From Leptolyngbyaceae cyanobacterium (GTDB lineage: Bacteria > Cyanobacteriota > Cyanobacteriia > Phormidesmidales > Phormidesmidaceae), in assembly GCA_965263355.1 (NCBI GenBank), contig CBDHHL010000056.1:2144001-2208000 (forward strand): a stretch of DNA of 64,000 bases, in the 5' to 3' direction. The position numbers and the translations under genes are program-made. The notes under the pieces are model-generated. The model was not told where the DNA came from, searched no databases, and saw nothing but the letters and a program-made list of their open reading frames with translations. Each line of letters starts with the position of its first letter. Within the stretch, counting starts at the first letter, position 1. Of this stretch, positions 1 to 10,367 are shown one piece after another.

Positions 1-630
1 AAGATGGACCCAGGAAAACCATTGCTGACCGCTACCGATAGGGCCACCTGCATAGAGCCTAAACGGGGTGATCATTTTTGCGATCGCCCCCCCCATACCC
101 AATACAATCCCAATGCGCACCGTGACCAACCGGGTGCCATGGGCACTCACTTTGTCTGCAGCCTGCTCCCATGCCTGACAGACTTGGGATAAAAAATCCT
201 GCTTAATGGGCTCGCTAGTTTCGTAAAATTCTGCTGTTTCGCTGGTGCCATAGAAGCCAATTGCTGAAGCACTGACCAATACCTTAGGCTTGATATCCGC
301 CTTGCCAATCGCCTCCACAACTTTCTCAGTGCCCTTCACCCGGCTATTCATAATTTCCCGCTTGCGTTCAGGTGTCCACCGTTCAGAAATAGCCTCGCCA
401 GCCAGGTTAATCACCCCATCACAGCCAGAGATTGCAGCTTGCCAATCGCCGGAGACTTGAGGAGTATAGTTCACAATTTCGACATGCTTAAAGGCAGATA
501 TAGGAAATACCTTCCTGGCTCGCTCAGAATTACGGGTAAATATCTTCACTTGATGCCCTGCATCATGAAGCCGCTGTACTAAACGTGAGCCAACAAATCC
601 CGTTGCCCCAGTCACTGCCACTTTCATCAT
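1..630 (-). CDS. TIGR01777/YfcH-family NAD(P)-dependent epimerase-like oxidoreductase (5' part; runs off window start)
   Basis: Not in ORF track because it is open at the edge. Manual minus-strand translation from ATG 630 gives MMKVAVTGATGFVGSRLVQRLH (Rossmann GxxGxxG), later VINLAGE and SASAIGFYG, all typical of this family. Confidence 0.9.
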   Translation of the reverse strand, partial: MMKVAVTGATGFVGSRLVQRLHDAGHQVKIFTRNSERARKVFPISAFKHVEIVNYTPQVSGDWQAAISGCDGVINLAGEAISERWTPERKREIMNSRVKGTEKVVEAIGKADIKPKVLVSASAIGFYGTSETAEFYETSEPIKQDFLSQVCQAWEQAADKVSAHGTRLVTVRIGIVLGMGGAIAKMITPFRLYAGGPIGSGQQWFSWVHL

Positions 631-649
631 CAAACACTCCCCTGGATGG

Positions 650-1390
650 CTACACAGCTGGCTTTTCCTCCATGGTAACGGCATTCGAACCCCGTTCAAA
701 CCATGGCGCAATCCAATCAAAGTCAATTTCGTTTAAGTAGTCTACGGCCCAGGTAGCACGACGTTGAATCATATGATAAGGATAAATTTGGGCCACACCA
801 ACCACCGGAATATTAGCTGCTTTAGCCGCTTCGATACCAGCAAAACACGACTCAATGGCTAAACAGTTTTGGCAAGTAAGTGCCAGATTTGGATCACGCA
901 AGTTAAGCTGATCAATCGCTGCCAGATAACTATCTGGAGCTGGTTTGCTAGCAGAAACTGACATATCACTGGCAGAAACCACCAAAGAAAACTGATCGGT
1001 CAAATTAGCCGCTACCAAAACCTGGTCTACATCTGCTCGTTGCGCCCCAGTGACAATAGCTGTCATGTATTGCTTGCTACGAATTCGATACAACAGGTCA
1101 TCCAACCCAGCATAGAGGGCAAGCTTAGATTGCGTTCTCAACCATTCCCCATAGCTCTCAGACTTTTTTCGTAACAACCTATCTAAATAGTCATTCTGAA
1201 CAAACCGACCTCGTTTCTGTAAAATCGCCGTCAGTCGTGCCCGATCGCTCCGTCCCAGATACATCTCCTGGTATTCATCTGGGTCAAACCGCAGATTTTC
1301 TGCCAGCAGTAACTGAGCAATCAGCTGCGGATGAACCTTGTCATCATTGATGATGACACCGTGAAAACCGAAGAATATAACCTTGAGCAT
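650..1390 (-). CDS. HAD-superfamily hydrolase-like protein with degenerate catalytic motifs
   Basis: Likely start MLKVIFFGFHGVII at ATG 1390. HAD layout present (IVTGA, SKPAPD, AIESCFAG), but the motif I Asp and a motif IV Asp are replaced. Confidence 0.8.
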   Translation of the reverse strand: MLKVIFFGFHGVIINDDKVHPQLIAQLLLAENLRFDPDEYQEMYLGRSDRARLTAILQKRGRFVQNDYLDRLLRKKSESYGEWLRTQSKLALYAGLDDLLYRIRSKQYMTAIVTGAQRADVDQVLVAANLTDQFSLVVSASDMSVSASKPAPDSYLAAIDQLNLRDPNLALTCQNCLAIESCFAGIEAAKAANIPVVGVAQIYPYHMIQRRATWAVDYLNEIDFDWIAPWFERGSNAVTMEEKPAV

Positions 1391-1585
1391 TGTGCCAAAT
1401 GACTCGATTAGCGGTCTAAAAAAACACTCCAAAAGAGGAGAAGCTGACGCTCCATCTGCGCCACCCTAATTCAATATGAAAGACGTCCGTAAATAAGACA
1501 CCAAGTATGTCAATAACCCTTTAGTATTAAATATTACTCCTTGGGGAATTCTTAAGGAATGAGCTTCAACCTTCCGGTTTAGTCC

Positions 1586-2041
1586 ATGAGGTTTGTAACT
1601 ATGCATCTGCTTTCTAAAAAAAATGTGATAAGTCCAACATCCATCCCTGTGATTTTACATTGGTGGCAACGGCGCAAGCGTCGTGCTAACTCAGGCGATG
1701 TCTTGAGTCGTCCCGTTGTGAAAAACGTTGATTCTAGCTATTTAGATCAGTACCAGCGGCTGATGAATGTCTATGCTGTGGTTAAGTCTGGTGGCGCTGC
1801 TGCCCAAATCCAGGCAGCCAATGAGTACTGGAATCGCGAACGTGATGCCATTACCCGCCGTCTTAACCAAATTAGCAATCAACCCGAAGCTACCGACGAA
1901 TATCTTCGACTCCAGCACGAAGCTCAGGAGTTAGAAAGTTCTACTCGATGGCGCATTAGCCAGCTTAAGGAAATTCACCCTGAGGAAGAAACCGCTGTAC
2001 GGAAGTATTTGCCGGAAATCGAACAAGTGTTGATCCGGTAA
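1586..2041 (+). CDS. hypothetical helical protein
   Basis: 151-aa ORF, divergent from the HAD gene, coiled-coil-like composition; no family recognised. Start may be ATG 1601. Confidence 0.65.
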   Translation: MRFVTMHLLSKKNVISPTSIPVILHWWQRRKRRANSGDVLSRPVVKNVDSSYLDQYQRLMNVYAVVKSGGAAAQIQAANEYWNRERDAITRRLNQISNQPEATDEYLRLQHEAQELESSTRWRISQLKEIHPEEETAVRKYLPEIEQVLIR

Positions 2042-2064
2042 ACAGGATTGAGCACATTGAGCAC

Positions 2065-2098
2065 ATATAGGGGGCATTGCATGCAATGCCCCCTATAT
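2065..2098. repeat. 34-bp perfect palindrome, REP-like
   Basis: ATATAGGGGGCATTGCA|TGCAATGCCCCCTATAT; intergenic, just after a stop codon. Confidence 0.85.
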
Positions 2099-2159
2099 CT
2101 GTTAGGCATATTTCCTAGGGATGTTAAAACACTAAAAACACCCTACAGGCAAAAAACCT

Positions 2160-3680
2160 ATGGAATACGACATTGTTGTCATTGGTAGCGGCATTGGTGG
2201 TCTGGTGGCCGCAGGACTACTCGCTCGCTACGGTCGCCGGGTGTTAGTGTGCGAAAGTCACATGTTGCCGGGTGGGGCTGCCCACGCGTTTAAACGGCAG
2301 GGATTTATCTTTGACTCAGGGCCATCCTTTTATTGCGGATTAGCTGACCCCAGCTCCTGCAATCCCTTACGGGAAGTCTTAAATATCCTGGGTGAACCGA
2401 TTGAAGCCATCGCTTACGACCCGTTAGGCCATTACCACTTTCCCGATAGAACTCTGGCAATTTACGGCAATACTGAACGATATCGAGCCTCTCTTGCTGA
2501 GTTTAATCTCCAGGCAGCACAAGAGTTACAGGCGTTGACTAAAAAAATGTTAGCCATTTATCAGCCCCTGGCCGCAATTCCCGTCTTGGCCCTGAGAGCA
2601 GATGGCTGGTTACTCCCTTTACTGGCACAGCGATGCCCCAAAGCTATGCTCCAGATGTTGCCTCAGCTCAGAGGATTAGGGCGATCCATGGGGGACTTTG
2701 TGGATGAAACGGTGCGGGATCCATGGCTACGACGGCTGATTGATTTGGAATGCTTTTTGCTGTCTGGCATGAAAGCCCATGATACTGTTGCTCCTGAAAT
2801 GGCCTTTATGTTTGGGGAACGTGCCACATCAGTGATCGATTATCCCATCGGCGGCAGTGGCGCTTTAGTCGAGGCCCTCATACGAGGTCTAAAACGCTGG
2901 GGCGGCTCACTCCAACTGGGTAGCCATGTGAGCAAAATTTGGGTGGACCATAATCAAGTTCAGGGGGTGGAACTTGATTGTGGTGATCGAATTCGGGCTG
3001 AGACAGTAATCTCTAATGCCACCCTGTGGGATACCTACAATAATCTACTCGATGAAACCGATCTGCCTGTCAGCTATCGCCAAAAATTATTAGCTACTCC
3101 AGCCGTGGATAGTTTTATGCATCTACATCTGGGTATTCGAGCGACCGGCCTGGAGGATTTAACCACCCACCATGTCGTGGTGCATGACCTGGACCAGGAT
3201 ATTACGGCCCCTGGCAACACCTGCATGATTTCGATTCCATCAGTGCTGGATCCTTCCCTGGCACCGATAGGCCATCACGTGATTCATGCCTATACTCTTG
3301 AACCTTGGCATGGTTGGCAGCGAGGTACGGATTACGCTTCCAGAAAAGCAGCCAAGGTTCAACCTCTGATCCGAGCCTTGAAGAAAGTGATACCAGATAT
3401 TTGCGATCGCATTGTCCTCAAACTGATCGGTACTCCCCTCACCCACCAGCGTTTTCTCCGGCGACATCAAGGCACCTATGGACCTGCCATCGCCGCTGGT
3501 CAGGGTCTCTTCCCAGGCCATAAAACCCCCATCAAAGGCTTGTACAGAGTAGGTGATAGCACCCTTCCCGGTATCGGTGTGCCCGCCGTTGCTGCCTCAG
3601 GTATTCTCTGTGCCAATAGCCTGGTTAGCCCCAAAGAATCCACGGCATTGCTAGACTTACAGCCAACCAAATCTACCTAA
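2160..3680 (+). CDS. FAD-dependent oxidoreductase, phytoene desaturase/carotenoid isomerase (CrtI/CrtH-like) family
   Basis: N-terminal VVIGSGIGGL FAD motif, FDSGPS, and C-terminal GLYRVGDSTLPGIGVPAVAASG. Confidence 0.85.
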   Translation: MEYDIVVIGSGIGGLVAAGLLARYGRRVLVCESHMLPGGAAHAFKRQGFIFDSGPSFYCGLADPSSCNPLREVLNILGEPIEAIAYDPLGHYHFPDRTLAIYGNTERYRASLAEFNLQAAQELQALTKKMLAIYQPLAAIPVLALRADGWLLPLLAQRCPKAMLQMLPQLRGLGRSMGDFVDETVRDPWLRRLIDLECFLLSGMKAHDTVAPEMAFMFGERATSVIDYPIGGSGALVEALIRGLKRWGGSLQLGSHVSKIWVDHNQVQGVELDCGDRIRAETVISNATLWDTYNNLLDETDLPVSYRQKLLATPAVDSFMHLHLGIRATGLEDLTTHHVVVHDLDQDITAPGNTCMISIPSVLDPSLAPIGHHVIHAYTLEPWHGWQRGTDYASRKAAKVQPLIRALKKVIPDICDRIVLKLIGTPLTHQRFLRRHQGTYGPAIAAGQGLFPGHKTPIKGLYRVGDSTLPGIGVPAVAASGILCANSLVSPKESTALLDLQPTKST

Positions 3681-3697
3681 CCATTACGAGGTATTTA

Positions 3698-3737
3698 CCC
3701 CATGTAGGTAAATTGCCTGCAATTTACCTACATGGGG
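3698..3737. terminator. 19-bp-arm inverted repeat between convergent genes (REP-like, probable bidirectional terminator)
   Basis: CCCCATGTAGGTAAATTGC-CT-GCAATTTACCTACATGGGG; contains GTAG...CTAC. Confidence 0.75.
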
Positions 3738-3751
3738 ATCTGTCACAATCT

Positions 3752-5560
3752 TTAAATCCAAGGTAAGCCCATCGGCCAATAGAGTACTGTAATCGAAACC
3801 TGTTCTTGACGTAAAAAGGCCATCATCCGGCGATGCACATTACCGACAGACTGCCGTGCCTCAAAGGTCTTTAAATGCATCCAGGAACGCAAAGTCTCAC
3901 CTTCAGCGCGCGCTTGTTCAGGTGCTACGGTTCTCAACCAGCCTTGGACACTAGCAGGCAAGGTTTGAGTCATCCGCACCGGTAACCTCCCCGTAGAAAA
4001 CCGTTGGGCATAGGCAGGTTCTAAAAAGACCCTGTAAGTTTCGGCGGCATCAGTCTGCTGCATCGCCACGCTAAGGGCAAGCGCCTTTAAGTACTCCCTT
4101 AACATAACCGTTTGTTCACCCGATAATTCTGGCATAAACGGAATCTGGGTGAGGGCTTCATTCACATTTTCAGGATCACCCACACTCAAATGGGTTCCAC
4201 CAATCACCGCAATCAAATGATTGTCTGCTCCTGTAAGCTGATTAAACGGTCCTAGCTGCTGGGCTAATGTCGGAGTCACACCGTCTTTGGTGCCAGTCAA
4301 AATAATGCTGGGGACATCCACATTTGCTAAACCTTTACGACCAAATAACCGTCCCACTAGTGGATTCATCGCAATTACTTGGGTAATCCGCCTATCACTC
4401 AGGTCTGCTGTGACTTCAGGCAACTCTACTGCGGCGCACTGGAGCCAATCAGCTGGCGACAACCCCACGGGTGTCAAGCTGTCACAAAATGAGGGCAATG
4501 CCGATACATCTAACTTTGCCCCGGCCAGGGCAAAGCCGGTATAACCGCCCAAGGAATGGCCAATTAGCACTACCTCTTGTGGATCAAACTTACCTGCCAA
4601 CATGGGTGACACCTGTTCCATCCATTCCAGACGGTCCAGGACATAGGAAACATCACGAGGCCGATCCAGAAACTCACTGGCTGGCAAAATTCGGCTAGGA
4701 TCCTCAATCGCACCAGGATCCAAGGGCGTATTATTGAGGGCTTCAACGTTACTGCCCACATGCTCTACAGCTACCACAGTCAAACCATGGGAGGCCAAGT
4801 GTTCACCAATATAGGTTAGAAAGCGTCGATCGGCTGCAAATCCATGGGACAGGACTAAAAGTGGTGCATCGTCCAAAACAGTCTGCTCTGGCACATACAC
4901 ATCTATGGGAATTAACCGGTTGTTGCGATCGCTATCAATAAACTTAAACGAACGCTGGGTCACAGCCACCGAGCCATCCGCAGTGGGATCCAGGTCATCT
5001 GGTAAATCGATATCATCACTGACCAGCAGTTCTTGCTCCAGAACACTGCTCAACGCATCTCCTTCCAGTCGCGATAGATTGAGCTGTGACACCAGCGCCA
5101 GAGCTGCCGTTAAATCCACATCTAACGTTTGCTGGGGCACAGCCCGCAATACCCCAAGCATATTTAAGCCATTGGTCTGTTTAGCTGCTAAGCGAATGGC
5201 TCCCCGAATTTGCTCTACCGTCAGCCCAGGTGCCACACGAGCTAAAGAATCCAGCAATAACTCACCATTGGGCGATGCCAAAATATCAGCCACCATCCGA
5301 TCTGCCATAGCTGGATTCAACGCCACCCGATTATTGAGCATTGTCCGGAGTTCAGGCGTCAAAAACGACTGGTAAAGCCTCAAACGCGATGGTACCTGAC
5401 CTGTTTTAGCAAATTCTTCCAAATCACTGACATAAACTGTCTGCTTAATGGGACCTATTTGAATATTGACCCGCTCTGCGGCTTGCGCTGGCGCACATAG
5501 CACTACCCCCACCGCCATAGCACTACTCCATAAAACAGACCGCCATCGCTGCCACTTCAT
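3752..5560 (-). CDS. alpha/beta hydrolase with N-terminal DUF1400-like domain and signal peptide
   Basis: GHSLGG nucleophile elbow, LSHG, DRPRDVS motifs. Signal peptide ends AQA-AE. Likely start ATG 5560; the ORF extends to 5689. Confidence 0.85.
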   Translation of the reverse strand: MKWQRWRSVLWSSAMAVGVVLCAPAQAAERVNIQIGPIKQTVYVSDLEEFAKTGQVPSRLRLYQSFLTPELRTMLNNRVALNPAMADRMVADILASPNGELLLDSLARVAPGLTVEQIRGAIRLAAKQTNGLNMLGVLRAVPQQTLDVDLTAALALVSQLNLSRLEGDALSSVLEQELLVSDDIDLPDDLDPTADGSVAVTQRSFKFIDSDRNNRLIPIDVYVPEQTVLDDAPLLVLSHGFAADRRFLTYIGEHLASHGLTVVAVEHVGSNVEALNNTPLDPGAIEDPSRILPASEFLDRPRDVSYVLDRLEWMEQVSPMLAGKFDPQEVVLIGHSLGGYTGFALAGAKLDVSALPSFCDSLTPVGLSPADWLQCAAVELPEVTADLSDRRITQVIAMNPLVGRLFGRKGLANVDVPSIILTGTKDGVTPTLAQQLGPFNQLTGADNHLIAVIGGTHLSVGDPENVNEALTQIPFMPELSGEQTVMLREYLKALALSVAMQQTDAAETYRVFLEPAYAQRFSTGRLPVRMTQTLPASVQGWLRTVAPEQARAEGETLRSWMHLKTFEARQSVGNVHRRMMAFLRQEQVSITVLYWPMGLPWI

Positions 5561-5937
5561 CAGCTTGAGACCGTTGATCAACGGTAGTAACTGGACAAGC
5601 CGAGGCGATTGAATCGCCGCACGCGCAGGATGGATCATAGTCGAACGGAAATAGATAAGCGGACGATGGGAAGGTAAGCTCCTAGTCACAAAGGCACAGC
5701 CCTACCAACAGCTATATAATCGCCAAATCATTACTTAAGATAGCAATCAAAACTAGAGGTTATCGGTTGCTAATGTAGCGAACTGATAGGACTTAACCCC
5801 TGTCTAAGTGACAACCACTCGTTTCTTCTACAGAAAAACGACAGGTCTGGATGTGGACAAGATTTGGATAGAAACTACAACGTTACTTCATCACAAACAG
5901 TCACAATGCCGGAAGACACTTAAATAATGACTAAATA

Positions 5938-6432
5938 ATGACCAGTCAACGCATTATTGGCATCATGGGTCCAGGAAACGACGCTCAAGACCCTGAAAGA
6001 CAGATGGCCTATGCCTTGGGCAGAGCCGTTGCTCAACAAGGTTGGATAGTGCTCACAGGGGGACGTCCGATAGGCGTCATGGCAGCTGCCAGTCAAGGTG
6101 CAGCCTCTGTAGGAGGTACTGTCTTGGGCATTTTACCGGATGGAGAGGGGAATCATGTGGCCCAAGGAGTCACTCTGCCCATCATCACTGGCATGGGCAA
6201 TGCTCGCAATACAATCAATGTCCTCTCTAGTCATGGCATTATTGCTTGCGGTCTGGGATTGGGAACTGTTTCTGAAATTGCCCTGGCCCTTAAGGCCCAC
6301 AAGCCCGTAGTCCTGATGCCCCATAATCCACTAGCAAAGTCATTCTTTGCATCGCTATCCCCAGGTCAATTTCACATGACAGATAATATAAATCTTTGTA
6401 TCAAGTATTTAAGGTCAGCGTTACATTGCTAA
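5938..6432 (+). CDS. TIGR00725/LOG-family (SLOG) nucleotide-binding protein
   Basis: IGIMGPG, VLTGG..GVMAAAS.GA, TGMGNARN and GTVSEIALAL motifs. Confidence 0.85.
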   Translation: MTSQRIIGIMGPGNDAQDPERQMAYALGRAVAQQGWIVLTGGRPIGVMAAASQGAASVGGTVLGILPDGEGNHVAQGVTLPIITGMGNARNTINVLSSHGIIACGLGLGTVSEIALALKAHKPVVLMPHNPLAKSFFASLSPGQFHMTDNINLCIKYLRSALHC

Positions 6433-6460
6433 ACCTACGGAGGTATTGCCTGAAATGCCC

Positions 6461-7519
6461 CTATTGGTTTCGTTTCAAATCAGTCTGAAACCCTTGCCGC
6501 TGCAATAATCGCCGTCGTCGCTGTCGGGCTAATGCCTGTAGATCGACATTCCGGTCAGTTTCATCGACAATTTCACCAATCAGCACTTCCAGCACATCTT
6601 CCAGGGTCACCACTCCAGATACTCCCCCATACTCATCTACTACAATCATCAAGTGCTCACGGGCAGTTTGAAAGGTTTTGAGTAACTTATCGGCACGCTC
6701 AGTGGCTGGAATATAGCGAGCCTGACGCATACAGCTGGTAACTGGGTCTTGGCCTCGGCCCTGCACTAGAGCAGCCAATAATTCAGCCTTTAGAGCCACC
6801 CCCAGCACATCGTCCAATTCTTCCCCCGTGACAATGATGCGACTATGTTGCGACTGCATGATTTCTTGCTGGGCCGATTCCAGAGACTGGTTGCCCTGAA
6901 TGTAGGTAATGGCTACCCGCGGCGTCATGATATCTTTGGCAGCGATATCATTCATCCGAAAAACCTTTTGGATCATTTCTGCTTCGTCATCTTCGATCAA
7001 GCCTTCTTGATAGCCCAACATTGCCAAAAGCTTGATCTCAGCTTCATTGGTGACGGGACGTTGATGACCTCGGACCAGGGGTGCCGTTAATTTCTCTAGT
7101 ACTAAAATAATTGGCGTCATGAGCCAGGTGAGGCTGCGAACAGGCATGGCCACCAGCAAAGCAAACTGCTCAGCGTACCGCTCACCAATGGTTTTTGGAA
7201 CGATTTCGGCAAATAAAATAATCAAAAATGTGAGTATGCCAGAAAAAATACCTAGCATCAGGTTGCCAAATAGATCTGCAGCAATGCGGCTGACGACAAA
7301 ACTACCGACAATGTTAAAAATATTGTTGAGGATAACAATGGTAGCGATCGGTCGACTGACCTTTTCTCGAATTGAGAGTAAGGCAAGGGTAGCTGGATGA
7401 CGATTTTGGGCCAGTTGTCGAGCTTTGAGTAAGGGAATAGACAGCAATGCTACTTCAGTACCTGAACAGATAGCGGAACCGATAATAACGATCAAAACGG
7501 CGATCGCAAGTTGGGCCAT
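6461..7519 (-). CDS. CNNM/DUF21-CBS (hemolysin-family) membrane protein
   Basis: N-terminal TM helices with SGTEVA and FAEIVPK; CBS pair with DIMTPR and VDEYGGVSGVVTLEDVLE. Confidence 0.9.
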   Translation of the reverse strand: MAQLAIAVLIVIIGSAICSGTEVALLSIPLLKARQLAQNRHPATLALLSIREKVSRPIATIVILNNIFNIVGSFVVSRIAADLFGNLMLGIFSGILTFLIILFAEIVPKTIGERYAEQFALLVAMPVRSLTWLMTPIILVLEKLTAPLVRGHQRPVTNEAEIKLLAMLGYQEGLIEDDEAEMIQKVFRMNDIAAKDIMTPRVAITYIQGNQSLESAQQEIMQSQHSRIIVTGEELDDVLGVALKAELLAALVQGRGQDPVTSCMRQARYIPATERADKLLKTFQTAREHLMIVVDEYGGVSGVVTLEDVLEVLIGEIVDETDRNVDLQALARQRRRRLLQRQGFQTDLKRNQ

Positions 7520-7861
7520 GGTGAAAATAGAGACAACATGTAATTATCAATGGCGAAGGATTGCTATGATGCTGGACTAAGCACGTACAATCGCCCAATG
7601 TGCGTTTTGCCCATGAGGCATGGACATTTTGCAAAAGCAGTGGCTAGTTCACAATACCGATCCTTGCATATTCGCACTAGCGCAGATTTGCCAAAGTCCC
7701 AACGGTTGACTCTACCTCTAACTATAGTTGGCTTACTCCCAATAAATACACAGACAACGCCGCGTTTTCTTACATCATCAAGAATTAAGACTTAAACTAG
7801 GATATTTGACTTCTTAGGGCAGTTCTACCCGTTCTTTATCGATTAACACCAACTACCATCC

Positions 7862-9760
7862 ATGAGCACAACTATCCTTGACGTCCGTAACCTAAAGGTC
7901 GAATTCGATACCGCCAATGGCGTGATCAAGGCAGTTGATGGCATTTCATTTCAGGTGCAACGGGGTAAAACCCTTGGCATTGTTGGTGAGTCAGGCTCGG
8001 GTAAATCCGTTACATCGCTATCCATCATGGATTTGGTGCCTAATCCCCCCGGACGAATTACCAATGGCGAAATCCTGTTTTCAGCCCAACCAGATACCCC
8101 TGCTGTTAATTTGCGCCAAGCCTCGCCCAAGCAAATGCAAACCTATCGGGGTAGTCAAATATCCATGATTTTTCAGGAGCCGATGAGCTCCTTAAATCCG
8201 GTTTATACCTGTGGTTTTCAACTGGTTGAAGCAATTCGACAGCACCAGCCTGTTACCAAGGATGAGGCCGAAAAAAGGGTTATTGCCAGCTTGCAAGAGG
8301 TCAAACTACTACCCAGCGATGACGATTTAGCTGTCCAAGTCGCCACGGAACAACATCTCAAGGACCGCCATACTATTGGGCGCGCAGTACAGCAGCGTAA
8401 AAGAGCAATGCTAAAGCGCTATCCCCATCAGCTCTCGGGTGGTCAGCTACAGCGGGTGATGATTGCCATGGCTATTGCCTGTAATCCAGCTCTCTTGATT
8501 GCAGATGAACCGACTACAGCCTTGGATGTCACTGTTCAAGCCCTAATTCTAGATTTACTGCGGGATTTACGGGATCGTCGCTCCATGTCGATGATTTTTA
8601 TCACCCACGACTTGGGCACTATTGCCGAAATTGCTGACGATGTAGCGGTAATGTATCGTGGCAAAATCGTCGAATATGGACCCGTTGACCAAATTTTTGC
8701 CAATCCGAACCATCCTTATACTAAAGGCCTCTTAGCCTGTCGGCCTCAGCCTGAGCAACGGTTACGCAAACTACCCACCGTGGCTGACTACATGCAAGTC
8801 CAAGATGAACCGGAAGGCGAATTTAAGATCTTTGCTCGCCATTGTGACGATGATGAAGCGGCTGCCCTGACGGCAGAAGTGACCGCCGATGAAATGGTCA
8901 GTCGACTAGAACAGCTTAAAGGCGAAACCCCTCTGGTCACAGTACAAAATCTGAAAGTGGGCTATCCAGTCAAAGGGGTCTTTGGTCAAACAACCCGTAC
9001 ATTGCTAGCCGTTGATGATGTTTCCTTTGACGTGTATAAAGGTGAAACCTTTGGCCTGGTAGGCGAATCGGGCTGTGGTAAAACAACCCTGGGGCGTGCC
9101 TTGCTACGGTTGGTAAACCCCATGGCAGGCAACATTTTCTTTGAGGGACGCAACATTGGCCAGCTACCAAAAGGGGAAATGCGCCAACTGCGCCGTGAGA
9201 TGCAGGTGATTTTTCAAGATCCCTTTAGCTCTCTGGATCCACGGATGAGCATTGGCAAGGCTATCGCTGAACCGTTAAAAATTCATCAAGTGATTCGTAG
9301 TCGTCGTAATCTCAAAGAACGGGTGGCTTATCTATTAGAGCGAGTGGATATCGACCCAGGCTGTGTGAATCGCTTTCCCCATGAATTTTCCGGTGGGCAG
9401 CGGCAGCGTATTTGTATTGCTCGTGCCTTGGCGCTTAATCCCAAGTTTATTATCTGTGATGAGTCGGTTTCTGCCCTGGATGTATCGGTACAGGCCCAGG
9501 TACTTAATCTGCTGAAGGAGTTACAAGCAGAGTTTGGTCTTACCTATGTATTTATTTCCCATGATTTGGGTGTCGTGAAATTTATGAGCGATCGCATCAT
9601 GGTGATGAACCAGGGTCGGCTTGAAGAATTAGGCCCCGCCGATGAGATTTACAATAATCCACAGCAAGAATACACCAAGCAACTGATTTCCGCGATTCCC
9701 GCTGGCACGCTGGAGCGGATTCAGGAATTGAAAATGGCAAGGGCTGCGATCGCCTCCTAA
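7862..9760 (+). CDS. ABC transporter ATP-binding protein with two fused ATPase domains (peptide/nickel family)
   Basis: Two Walker A motifs ([16 protein letters not shown]), LSGGQ/FSGGQ signatures, HPYT motif. Confidence 0.95.
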   Translation: MSTTILDVRNLKVEFDTANGVIKAVDGISFQVQRGKTLGIVGESGSGKSVTSLSIMDLVPNPPGRITNGEILFSAQPDTPAVNLRQASPKQMQTYRGSQISMIFQEPMSSLNPVYTCGFQLVEAIRQHQPVTKDEAEKRVIASLQEVKLLPSDDDLAVQVATEQHLKDRHTIGRAVQQRKRAMLKRYPHQLSGGQLQRVMIAMAIACNPALLIADEPTTALDVTVQALILDLLRDLRDRRSMSMIFITHDLGTIAEIADDVAVMYRGKIVEYGPVDQIFANPNHPYTKGLLACRPQPEQRLRKLPTVADYMQVQDEPEGEFKIFARHCDDDEAAALTAEVTADEMVSRLEQLKGETPLVTVQNLKVGYPVKGVFGQTTRTLLAVDDVSFDVYKGETFGLVGESGCGKTTLGRALLRLVNPMAGNIFFEGRNIGQLPKGEMRQLRREMQVIFQDPFSSLDPRMSIGKAIAEPLKIHQVIRSRRNLKERVAYLLERVDIDPGCVNRFPHEFSGGQRQRICIARALALNPKFIICDESVSALDVSVQAQVLNLLKELQAEFGLTYVFISHDLGVVKFMSDRIMVMNQGRLEELGPADEIYNNPQQEYTKQLISAIPAGTLERIQELKMARAAIAS

Positions 9761-9923
9761 CCCTTCACAGTTAAGCCAAATTGCATGTATCCGTAATAAT
9801 CCTTAATCAGAGATTCACCCTTTAGTTAAGCATTCGTAATTTCCCTGAATGCTATCAGGAGAGATTTGGCATGCCATGAAAGTTTAGGTGGTTCCATAGA
9901 GCATAGGTTGTACAACAACTGTT

Positions 9924-10030
9924 ATACGAAATCCTGCTTAGCAACATCCGGTAGCGCTGGACTGGCAAAAGGCATAGCTCCTAAGAGTTCACATTGTTTG
10001 ACTCGGGGTTACTAAAATCGGATTTGGTAT
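9924..10030. mobile_element. 107-bp MITE-like element, copy 1
   Basis: Ends ATACGAAATCCTG...CGGATTTGGTAT form an imperfect TIR. Same length and same ends as 45195-45301. Confidence 0.7.
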
Positions 10031-10367
10031 TAGGCAGCCTCACAAGGCTGTGGCAAAACATCTCGACAATCTTCTGCGCTAGGAACTGTCAACAACACAC
10101 CTACGTCCATCCACGTAAGTACATATGCAGGATGTTTTACAAACAAGTTCTCTTGAAATATGAGTTCAAAACTTTGCTATCTAAAGCAAAGTCTTCAGTA
10201 AAAAATCTGCATATCAACTACATCCAAATCGCCCTAAGTCTCTTGGGAAAAAGCATCGGGTAAATTTAGGGCAAAGGGATAACAGACTACTTATGCATCA
10301 CCTATCGCTAATCTCGAACACTCATTTACTACTGTTCACTTAATTATTAAGAAGACACGAAATCACT

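Noticed and set aside
4..192. 62-aa plus-strand ORF
   Set aside because: Antisense to the TIGR01777-family gene.
7653..7792. Possible further ATACC-type MITE remnants (also near 27186 and 55805)
   Set aside because: Only one end resembles a TIR; the matching end is too degenerate to support a call.
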